Shown: positions 9,766-18,378, numbered from the stretch's first letter. The stretch is 32,000 nt of DNA from Trichodesmium erythraeum IMS101 (GCF_000014265.1 NC_008312.1:630001-662000), one strand, 5' to 3'. The notes: a model not told the origin generated them from the letters alone. Numbers and translations: made by a program.

Positions 9766-10687
9766 TCTGATAATAATCATTGAGAATTATAATCCTCACA
9801 AATTATACTATTTATCAAAAATAATGCTCTATTTATAATAGAAATGAAAACAGTAAATAGTATGGTGTGTCTTGTTAAACTAGATGTTCTTGAATCTGGT
9901 TCGGAATTAAAAATAAGGCGTTACACGATGACGAATGATTACGAGAATTGAGGAATTTGCCTATATTTCAAATAATAGATCAGCAAGTCCATTTATTTGG
10001 ACAATGTATCAATAGATTTCGAGTAGCACAAAGTTTTGCGATGTCACCTAGCTTTGCTTTTAGGGTGTCTCATACGAGACTCAAAAATTAGAGAGAACTA
10101 ATTGTTTTCTCAGATAGCAAATAGGTATCGAGCATCACTGACAGAATAAATTTAGTAAGATATGGGTAGATACAGAGATAACAGTGAGGTTGGTGTTTCG
10201 GCTGTCACCGAAATGAAACGCGGAGCGTGTCGTCGGCCATGGGTAGCAGCCATCTCGCCTATTAAATTAGATTTTGGTTCATAGTCGTCAAGAAAATACT
10301 GCAGTACAAAGAGCTAAATTGGCGTTAGTGGAGCAAGTGCGACAGCTATATCGATCCTTGGAGTTGGAATGACCTAATTATTGATCTTACACTTTGCTGA
10401 GGTACTACCAAAATTTTTATGGGCTTATTTGGACTGGGAAAATAAGTTTGTAATAATGCTCCCTATCCTGCTTGCGATCTTGCTGAAACAATGCTGCGCA
10501 ATTACACTTATAATAGAGTTGTTGGAAATTAAGCAAAAAAAAATGGCTAAAACCAAAACAAGTTGAGGTTTAAGCGTGCTTTGAAATATTAAAATCATGA
10601 AAATTTTATATAGTCAGCTTTTGAGAATTTTAAATGTTCCCACACCCAACAACTCTAATGTTAATGTTTCATTCATGGTTGATCAAA

Positions 10688-11163
10688 ATGGAAGTTGGTA
10701 CAACACAAGGAGCATTTCCCCTCAAAATTTCTAGAGCTAGAGTACGAGTCTTACTTAAAGAAGGTCGAATTCAGGGCACTTGCAAAAATGGGTGGTCTTG
10801 GTTAATTTCTTTTAATAGTTAAGGTTTACCAGAAATAATATTAGCTAGGCGTAGTCGAGACGGTAACTGGAATAAAGGATAGCGTCAAACTAAAACGGTT
10901 GTTCATGTATTACCTTTTGTTATTCAAGCTAATCAAAAAAATACTACTTTTTTGCCAGCAGTTAATATTTGGCAAGGCGATCGATATAATTTATGACACG
11001 AAGCAGAAATTCTTGGACTTTGCAAAATAGTCTATCAACCTCATCAAATTAATAGTACTCAAGGTAAAGAAAAAAAATTATTGATAGAAGTAGATCCCAA
11101 GATACAAATCATTCATAAAATATTTTTTGAAGTGAATGATAATTCTCAAGAATCTCAGGAGTA
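10688..11163 (+). pseudogene. Pseudogene of a small conserved cyanobacterial HTH-like hypothetical protein
   Basis: A single frame reads MEVGTTQGAFPLKISRARVRVLLKEGRIQGTCKNGWSWLISFNS*GLPEIILARRSRDGNWNKG*RQTKTVVHVLPFVIQANQKN...GDRYNL*HEAEILGLCKIVYQPHQ...LLIEVDPKIQ. There are three in-frame stops (10820, ~10880, ~10994) and no frameshift. The family assignment is from memory of similar cyanobacterial proteins, not from a search. Confidence 0.5.
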
Positions 11164-11473
11164 GGGAATTGGCTATTCGGAGTTTTTCTATTTCTAGAAA
11201 ACTTTTCAATCCTTATCTTCAGTGGAAAAACTACCCTCAACGCAGACCTGGGAGAAAAAAATGGCAAGTAGATACGGCTATTGGATACAGCCTCTGTACA
11301 ATACAATGTAAGAATTGTGCAAGAGAGTTACTCCCTTTGTATTAATTATTTCACAACTGAAATGTTACCCAAGTAGAGCATGAATGTATAAAAATTGGTA
11401 CTATGGCTTAAAACTACCCTTGGGATAATTGGATCAGGAAAAAGCAAAAACATTGATCCTGTAAGTGCAATAG

Positions 11474-11502
11474 AGCAATCTCAGATTCGAGGTGAGATTG
11501 CT
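11474..11502 (-). terminator. Strong hairpin just downstream of the HAD hydrolase gene
   Basis: AGCAATCTCA (11474-11483) / TGAGATTGCT (11493-11502) form a 10-bp perfect stem with a 9-nt loop. The site is 33 bp beyond the stop of the minus-strand CDS. The trailing U-tract is weak. Confidence 0.3.
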
Positions 11503-11534
11503 TCATAGGGTTCGGACTACTTTTGAGTTGGATA

Positions 11535-12221
11535 TTATGCTGAATACTTTAAGTAATTCATATCAGAAATTTTCCAACTAGGAAAAATTTTATTTAGTTG
11601 CTCATCACTAAAATCCTTAATAGATATTTTCGCCCCTGCCTCTACTAAAGCTCCACGTTCATGGGTTGAAGCAACTCCTATTGTACAAATTCCGGCTCCT
11701 ACCGCTGACTGAATTCCAGAAGGAGAGTCTTCAAAAACAATTGCCTCTTCTGGAGAAATTTTCAATTTTTCTAAACATAATTTATAAGGTGCCGGGTCAG
11801 GTTTTCCTACCGGCATTACTGCACCTGATATTAGTAATGGAAAAGTATCTTTTAGACTCAAAAAACCTAGCAGAAATTTAGCATTTTCTGGAGGTGAATT
11901 TGTCACAATTGCTTTCTGGAGTTTGTTGTATTTAATCCATTTGATAAAGTCTAATAATCCTGTTAATGGCTGTAAACTTACAGCCATTTCTCGAAATTTA
12001 GCTTCCTTCTCATTTGCTACTTTTTCTGCCTCTGTAGGTGATAGTTGTGGTAATAAATTTTGAATAATTGCTGGATTAGTTCTACCACTAATATGTTGTT
12101 TATAGAATTTAGGGTCTGTTTCTACTCCGTAATCTTTTAAAGTTTCTTTCCAAGTCTTATAATGCAAGGGTTCTGTATTTGCTATGGTGCCATCGAAGTC
12201 AAATAAAATTGCTTTTAGCAT
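11535..12221 (-). CDS. HAD-superfamily hydrolase (subfamily IA, beta-phosphoglucomutase-like)
   Basis: 228-aa ORF with HAD motifs I (FDFDGTI), II (VTNS), III (GKPDPAPY) and IV (FEDSPSGI). Confidence 0.85.
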   Translation of the reverse strand: MLKAILFDFDGTIANTEPLHYKTWKETLKDYGVETDPKFYKQHISGRTNPAIIQNLLPQLSPTEAEKVANEKEAKFREMAVSLQPLTGLLDFIKWIKYNKLQKAIVTNSPPENAKFLLGFLSLKDTFPLLISGAVMPVGKPDPAPYKLCLEKLKISPEEAIVFEDSPSGIQSAVGAGICTIGVASTHERGALVEAGAKISIKDFSDEQLNKIFPSWKISDMNYLKYSA

Positions 12222-12473
12222 CTTAATTTATATATATTAGGTATTTACTTTTGGGGTCTGAGCTGAAATTTCAATGTTTCAGAGAGCTGAGAACATTGAA
12301 AAGTAAGTCTAAAAAATTTAATAGACCACAGTAAAGACATTCTGTGAAACATCTCTACAAAGTTTTGGTTGTGAGGATCTAGTTCATGATCTCAAAAGTG
12401 CTGTAAAAATTGTTACCTAGCAATTGCTGGTTTCTAGGGAAAATATGAGAGTATCAAACTTCCTCCCCTAAAA

Positions 12474-12800
12474 GTTATCCCTGATCAGGAACCTCTGAAA
12501 ACCTTGTAGCAAGGATAAGTGGGTATTTACTTTTTACCCCTCCGGTGGAGGGGGATTAGGGGAATAACGGAGAAAGAATTTAGTAACTTGGCAGAACTAC
12601 TTTAAGTTCTTTAAACAAATGTATTTAAAAATACACATTTTTTTTAACAAATACTTTTTAAATCATCACATAACTTGTGTATTTTTGTCAAGTCTTATGT
12701 AAATAAAGATATTTATAAACCTTATGTAAACAAGGCAGGGACTAGAGTCTAGGAAAAGTAAATATCTTAGAATGATCGCGCTGTAGTCCTGTAGGTTGGG
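12474..12800. repeat. Unit A of a diverged ~330-bp direct repeat in an ORF-free field
   Basis: Ordered blocks: gttatccctgatcaggaacctctgaaaacc (12474), tttaaaaatac (12624), ttttgtcaagt (12683), gagtct (12745), gatcgc (12774), gtaggtt (12791). Each has a counterpart in unit B at an offset of ~600-680 bp. Confidence 0.7.
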
Positions 12801-13155
12801 TATTCAGAACAAAGCCTAACAAATTAACGAACCCTTTGTAGATTCCTTTGAAGAGTGATTTGTCCTGGGGGAAAACATGATATAGAGTCCCGGAGAAGAT
12901 ACGGGGGATCAAATAGTGATCGCGATCTCCGGTTTAGTTGATTACAATTAACTGGGTCAAAGAACCAAAGTTCTATAATTTAAGTTCCATATAATAATAT
13001 ATACACTCGCCATAGATAACTACTTGGTATGGGATCTCTCCCATTACCCCCCCCTTTAGAAAAACTATCCCCACCCTATTACTACTAGCAGAGAAAGTGA
13101 AAAATTAAGGGTTTGCTTGTTTGTATGGGGTTTCCCCACTAACCTTCTTTTGAAA

Positions 13156-13396
13156 GCTATCCCTAATAAGGAACTTCTAAAACCCTTTGATGATATGGAG
13201 ATGAGGGAGTTAAAGGATAAAAGCCAATTTAAAAATACGTTCACTTTCTTAATATCTATTGAATAAGGTTTACATGATTTATCTCTTTTGTCAAGTTTTA
13301 TTTCAAAAAAAATGTTGATAAAACATAGTTTAGAAAAAGAGCAGAGGCTGGAGTCTCTGGAAAAAAAAGATTTTAGGGAGATCGCCTGGTAGGTTA
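13156..13396. repeat. Unit B of the diverged direct repeat
   Basis: gctatccctaataaggaacttctaaaacc (13156), tttaaaaatac (13228), ttttgtcaagt (13286), gagtct (13351), gatcgc (13380), gtaggtt (13389). The block order is the same as in unit A. Confidence 0.7.
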
Positions 13397-13470
13397 TATT
13401 TAAATATTTAATATTATTGAAACTTATGTTAAAAATAAAATAAACAAATAAAATATGGCCATTCGGAAAA

Positions 13471-13526
13471 GAAGTGACAGATTAAGGATTTTTTTATTAT
13501 TGGCCATACTACCCCTCCCGTGAGAG
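13471..13526. repeat. Copy A of a ~55-bp duplicated module (on the minus strand: SD + ATG + conserved first 11 codons)
   Basis: gaagtgacagattaaggatttttttattattggccatactacccctcccgtgagag. It is near-identical to 13616-13669. Confidence 0.8.
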
Positions 13527-13615
13527 ATATCACCCCGTAGGTCAGAGCAATAAACATAATTTAAACTTATATAAAACATAATTTAAGAAAAACACTTTAT
13601 TACCATTATGGAGAG

Positions 13616-13669
13616 GAAGTGACAAATTAAGGATTTTTTTATTTTTGGCCATACTACCTCTCGTGAGAG
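13616..13669. repeat. Copy B of the ~55-bp duplicated module
   Basis: gaagtgacaaattaaggatttttttatttttggccatactacctctcgtgagag. It is near-identical to 13471-13526. Confidence 0.8.
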
Positions 13670-14162
13670 CGATCGCTTTGTAGGTTGGGTTGAGTGCGAC
13701 TCATTGAGTCAAAGAAACCAAGACTGCAAAATAACCCTTTTATCAATGGTAAAAAACTCACATGATAACTCATGGGAAGTAAGTATTGGCGAAGAACATG
13801 AATTCTGTTAGACGTTTCCTCAGTCATACTCGCAAACGCCATTATTAGGGTAATTATCCTTGTATCCCTTGTGAGCAAAATGTTATAAGGGAGAAGTGAG
13901 GGATAGGGATATCCTTATCAACTGTATGGGAAAAAGCGGAGATGGGGAGATCAGGAGATAGGAAGATGTGGAGTACAAAAGAGTGATCGCCACGTAGCTT
14001 TTTTCTCAGAAAGAAACCCAACAAATAGGCTAGCTTTTTCGTTGGCTCAAAGAAACCAAAAAGAAACCAAGAGGAATAATAGTTGACATCAAACCTTTTT
14101 AAACATTTTAAAACTCCTAATATATTGTTAGTAAGCTTTGAAAAAGTATGAAAAAAAAATAG

Positions 14163-14330
14163 ATCACGGCAAAAGAAGCAGCAGCACATTACAGAGTCAA
14201 CATCAGCACCCTTAGACGATAGGAGAATGAAGGAAAGCCCGATAGCATCAAGACTCTAAGAAACCAGGAAATATTCTGGCTCTCAGAGGAAGAGTTATTG
14301 CACTGGCTCCTGAAGTGCGTAAGTTTTTGA
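14163..14330 (+). pseudogene. Fragment of a MerR/excisionase-type HTH domain (as at the N-terminus of IS607-type serine recombinases), with an in-frame stop
   Basis: The frame reads ITAKEAAAHYRVNISTLRR*ENEGKPDSIKTLRNQEIFWLSEEELLHWL. TAG at 14220-14222 replaces the Trp of the usual TLRRWE..GK motif. No catalytic domain follows. Confidence 0.5.
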
Positions 14331-14433
14331 CTAAATATAACAGCAAACAAATTATTGAAGTAGGCAATAAGGATATGGGAAAATTCCAAGGCTTTGTTTT
14401 CAGGTAAGGTCAGTGAATGATCACAATTAAAGC

Positions 14434-14608
14434 CTACTGCTATTACCTTGTCCTGGTGGTTGAGGGTGGCGATCGCTTTTTCAGTCTCTTTATTCCAGAC
14501 GAGGACGGTTTTGTCACAACTTGCAGTAGCAATAGTTTTACCATCAAAGCTCAAGGCTACTGCTATTACCATATACTGGTGGTTGAGGGTGGCGATCGCG
14601 ACTTTCAA
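14434..14608 (-). pseudogene. WD40-repeat protein remnant (about 1.3 repeats)
   Basis: ATLNHQYMVIAVALSFDGKTIATASCDKTVLVWNKETEKAIATLNHQDKVIAVGFN. The two repeats are also visible as a DNA repeat (14435-14475 vs 14556-14600), each with a HIP1 site. A stop codon lies 2 codons upstream of the TTG start. The rest of the 14189-14608 ORF has no WD40 character. Confidence 0.65.
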
Positions 14609-15122
14609 TAATTACAGGACTTAGGCACACTCGTAGACCATACCCTCTCTGTAGAGGAAAAATGCCAGAAAACCTCTACTAGATCTGTTGCTTAGAGTGT
14701 AAGTCCTGAAATTAATTATTGTGGTAGGTACAGGAGTAGCTGTTACTGGTTTCACAAGAGATCAGACAAAATAAGAATGCTAGAATATGTTAAAGACTTG
14801 AAAGTTAGATAGTGAATTTTTATTTGATCAAGATATATTAGTCTATAAATTTATATTAGTTTTAATTGGTAGGTTATTAACTTGGCTTTTCAGAAAATAT
14901 ATATTCAAGGAATCATAAATTATTTGGGAATACTGTAGTTGGGTTTCCCTAGGTAATTAGTTATAATGATCGTAAGCATTCAGCTAATATTATCCAGCAG
15001 TTAAGAGGGAAAAATTTCTGCCATCAACTCTATTATATTAGAAACTTTTTTTCTCCTAATATTCCAATAAAATCATAAAATAAACCACAAAAACTAAAGT
15101 ATAAAAACCCTATTTATACAAC

Positions 15123-15549
15123 TTATATATGAGATATTTTACACCCCGAATTCATGATTTTTTTAGTATCTAAAAATTGTACTACTAGATTTAAAGCTAA
15201 TAACTTTTCCCGGACTAAAATATTTTGACTTTTCCTGTCATTAGTTCCTAGTAAATCTAAAAATTATATCCCTATTGCCAGAAAAGAATGAGAGCAATAA
15301 ACTTCTACTGAAGTTACATCATCTTTCATTTTTCAGTTATCATCTAGCAAAACATGTTTTTTGAGAATATCTTTACGACTTGCATTAATTATACTCCCAT
15401 CTTGCAATTTAATTCTTTTTTGTAACTTCAGGACATATTTGACATAAGTTATTGCTCCAGCAATTATCATTCAATCAATAGGTAATACTTGTTCTCCTAA
15501 CAAAGAATTTAAGAGAGTAGATTTACCATGATTAAATCGGTCAAGATAG
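15123..15549 (-). pseudogene. Bacterial dynamin-like GTPase fragment (G-domain only) with in-frame stops
   Basis: The minus-strand frame reads YLDRFNHGKSTLLNSLLGEQVLPID*MIIAGAITYVKY...VTSVEVYCSHSFLAIGI*FLDLLGTNDRKSQNILVREKLLALNLVVQFLD. It shows a P-loop-like FNxGKSTLLNxLLG and a decayed DTPGxND motif. There are three internal stops, and the remaining ~400 aa of a normal family member are absent. Confidence 0.65.
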
Positions 15550-15964
15550 GAATTTTAAAATCTGGCTAAACCTTATTTTAAAAATATAAATTACATCTTT
15601 TATCAATTAAAAACATGGCTCAATATTTAAAATTTATAGAGCATTATTAAAATAATTGTTCAGGTGCGTAATCTTATTTTTGTTGTATGTTGTTTATAAA
15701 GCAAAATTCATTTATCAGTAATCAGTTAATATCAAATATAATTTCAAGACATTTTTTTTGATTGGAAGAAAAATAGGTAGATACATTGTATAAAACATAC
15801 GTACAAAATAAGAAAATTAACAATTTATTGAGCTAATAATTATCAAAATATCGTTACACCTGTGTGAGCGACTTAATAATTAAAACATCACTTAAGTATA
15901 GCATTCTTTTCTCAAAACTTTTTCCCAGAAATTGCAGAAGCATTAATAACTGAAATAACTTCAG

Positions 15965-16648
15965 CTATAACCACTCCATCTGTTGCTGTAAACAAGCTAA
16001 AGCTGCCTCAGTTGTCACTTGAGTAAACTTGCTATAAAACCGACTCACACTGACGAACGGGCAAGGAGTTTCCAACACAATTAAGCGATCGCAAAACTGC
16101 CTCAACTCTTCAAGTAACTGTCGAGGAGCAACTGGTACACAGATCCAAACAGTATTAGGTTTTTGTAACTGAATAGACTTAATTGCAGCTATCATCGTCA
16201 TTCCTGTAGCTATTCCATCATCAATCAAAATCACTAACCTATCTAGGGAACTAATACCAGGTTTTCCCACACTCAGCTTTTCTAATTGAGATAAAGCCCT
16301 TTGCTGTGTTTTTTGAATCAAAGTATATTGAACTTCTAAACTTCGTGGTTTGTACTTTGACCAAACTAAACAACCATCTGCCGTTATAGCGCCCAGTGCT
16401 AATTCTGGGTTAGACGGTAAAGTAATTTTCTTGGCTACTACGACACTCAATGGACAACCTAACCGACGAGCTACTGGCACTGCTACTGGCAACCCTCCTC
16501 TTGGTAGAGCATAAACAATGGGGTTGAGTTGCCAATTTCTCGTCAAATTTTCATCGCCAAAGCTGGAAAAAATAACTTCAGCCAATTTTGTTCCGGCATC
16601 AGTGCGATCATGGAAGATATGTATAGATGACATAATTTGGGTCTCCAA
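15965..16648 (-). CDS. Phosphoribosyltransferase-family protein
   Basis: 227-aa ORF. It has an N-terminal FHDRTDAGTKLA and the PRPP-binding motif LVILIDDGIATGMTM. Substrate is unknown. Confidence 0.8.
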   Translation of the reverse strand: METQIMSSIHIFHDRTDAGTKLAEVIFSSFGDENLTRNWQLNPIVYALPRGGLPVAVPVARRLGCPLSVVVAKKITLPSNPELALGAITADGCLVWSKYKPRSLEVQYTLIQKTQQRALSQLEKLSVGKPGISSLDRLVILIDDGIATGMTMIAAIKSIQLQKPNTVWICVPVAPRQLLEELRQFCDRLIVLETPCPFVSVSRFYSKFTQVTTEAALACLQQQMEWL

Positions 16649-17610
16649 CTACTAGTACAGAAGTGACACACCTAAAAAATTTAACTTAGGTATAATTATA
16701 GTGAAACCTAACACCAATAACTGTTTGTTAGCTTACTATGACGAGAACAAAGCTAGAGTTTCTATACAGTCAACAGGGGTATTACTATCCCTCACCTCTG
16801 CTTCACGCGCCGTGGGTGAGAATGTGACTCCTCAAACGGCTCTTGCTCTAGAATTGCATGGTTTTTTCTGAGATTTTTTCCCTATAACCGAGGTTATTTG
16901 CTATTTTTGGCGTTTAACGGTTCATGTCAGACTTTCTCTCTCTGTGTGTTAGACACCTATCCTACGTCTGCATATCCTATTAATTTCTAATAGGCTTTGG
17001 CTTCTTAGGATATTCTTATTCCTTGTATCTTTTGCTTAAGCTTTCCCTACCCTCATCAGAATACACAAGAGATTAGGTAGGGAATTTCCATAGCCAGTTT
17101 ATTGTTAGTATTAGGTGTCCTGAGTCACCTGAAACTTGCCAGCTAGTCCTTAAGGGAATTGAAAAATTAAAGGGACATGAGCTCCACCATTTTGGCTACA
17201 GGAAATACCAGGGCAATTACCCTGTTTTAGGTTGACTTTTGCGCAGCATGACCTAGGAAATGTTTAACAAGATTCATCTTTTTTCACCTTAACTGACTTC
17301 TCTGGTAGTCTTGCACTTAGTTTTTAAAACTTATCTGCTTTTAGCCCATGCACGGAGAGTAATGGTTGCATATCCGTTAAACTTGAGCTACGAGGTTACT
17401 CCCTAGCTGAGTGAAGAGGAATTGAGCCTCTATCAGCATGAGTTTTAACTATTGGTTAAAGGGTCTTGTTGTAATCTTAGCTTCTTTGACCCAACTAATG
17501 ACAGTCAACCTTAATCTACAATCTATTTGTACTTACATTTTAACTAATGGCCTTTAATTTTGAAACTTTCTATTTATTTTTGACTTTTGCATTTTGATAA
17601 CTAAAAAACG

Positions 17611-17645
17611 ACAACTGACAATTAATAATTGACAACTAATAACTG
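17611..17645. repeat. Heptamer tandem repeat x5 abutting the udg start codon
   Basis: acaactg acaatta ataattg acaacta ataactg, ending 4 nt before the ATG at 17650. Confidence 0.8.
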
Positions 17646-17649
17646 AATT

Positions 17650-18378
17650 ATGTCTAGTGAAAAACAACTCAGTCTTTTTGAGTGGTCAAACAATGATGAC
17701 TCCTTAGTATCTACCCCTAATTCCGACTTGGAATTTAATCTTATTCCCACAGATGTTAAGATTCCTATTCCATCTGGAGTCTATAAAACAATGGAGCAAA
17801 TAACATTTCATTGTAACCAATGTCGTAGATGTGAACTAGGAGAAAACCGGACTAATGCTGTCATTGGTCGTGGCAACCCCGAAGCAGAAATTATGGTTAT
17901 TGGGGAAGCGCCCGGTCAAAATGAAGATGAACAAGGTCTCCCTTTTGTAGGTAAGTCTGGGCAACTGCTTGATAAAATTTTGCAGTCTGTGGAGTTAAGT
18001 AGCGATCGCCACGTTTATATATCTAATGCCATTAGATGTCGTCCACCAGAAAACCGGACTCCTACTCTCAAAGAAGTAGGAGCTTGTAAACCCTACCTAT
18101 TGGAACAAATACGTCTTGTCAACCCGAAAATTATTCTTTTAACTGGGGCAACGGCAGTTAAAGCTTTAACAGGAGATAAGCGAGGTATTACTAAAATTCG
18201 AGGTCAATGGATAGAATGGGAGGGGCGACTTTGTATGCCTATTTTTCATCCAGCTTATCTTTTGCGTAACCCCTCTAGGGAACCTGGTAAACCAAAGTGG
18301 TTGATGTGGCAAGATATTCAAGCAGTTAAGCAAAAATTAGAAGAGCTTCAAAGTGATAGTAATTCTTTTGATTTTTGA
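17650..18378 (+). CDS. Uracil-DNA glycosylase, family 4
   Basis: 242-aa ORF. Motifs present: CNQCRRCEL Cys motif, GEAPGQNEDEQGLPFVGKSGQLL (motif A), HPAYLLRNP (motif B). Confidence 0.9.
   Translation: MSSEKQLSLFEWSNNDDSLVSTPNSDLEFNLIPTDVKIPIPSGVYKTMEQITFHCNQCRRCELGENRTNAVIGRGNPEAEIMVIGEAPGQNEDEQGLPFVGKSGQLLDKILQSVELSSDRHVYISNAIRCRPPENRTPTLKEVGACKPYLLEQIRLVNPKIILLTGATAVKALTGDKRGITKIRGQWIEWEGRLCMPIFHPAYLLRNPSREPGKPKWLMWQDIQAVKQKLEELQSDSNSFDF

Noticed and set aside
10381-10566. 61-aa TTG-start ORF
   Set aside because: It has a non-ATG start, no SD and no recognisable family. It lies in the decayed spacer next to a pseudogene.
11109-11345. Overlapping ORFs 11109..11306(-) and 11136..11345(+)
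   Set aside because: They are mutually antisense and span dispersed-repeat sequence and the tail of the HTH pseudogene. Neither looks protein-like.
11666-11881. 71-aa ORF(+)
   Set aside because: It is antisense to the HAD hydrolase CDS.
13654-14189. ORFs 13654..13878(-) and 13854..14189(-)
   Set aside because: They run through repeat motifs. Their composition is Phe/Leu/Cys-rich nonsense, and the second overlaps the plus-strand HTH remnant region.
12230-14190. Possible CRISPR array in the repeat field
   Set aside because: The repeats are few (2-4 copies), differ in length, are diverged and are irregularly spaced. No cas genes are present. This is not a CRISPR architecture.
14189-14433. C-terminal half of ORF 14189..14608
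   Set aside because: Only the first ~58 codons are WD40-like. The remainder is the reverse frame of the plus-strand HTH fragment, so the 139-aa ORF is a chimera of two remnants.
17179-17189. GAGCTCCACCA, resembling a tmRNA/tRNA 3' end
   Set aside because: There is no T-arm (GTTCRA), no acceptor-stem complement and no tag reading frame nearby. I judge it a chance match.
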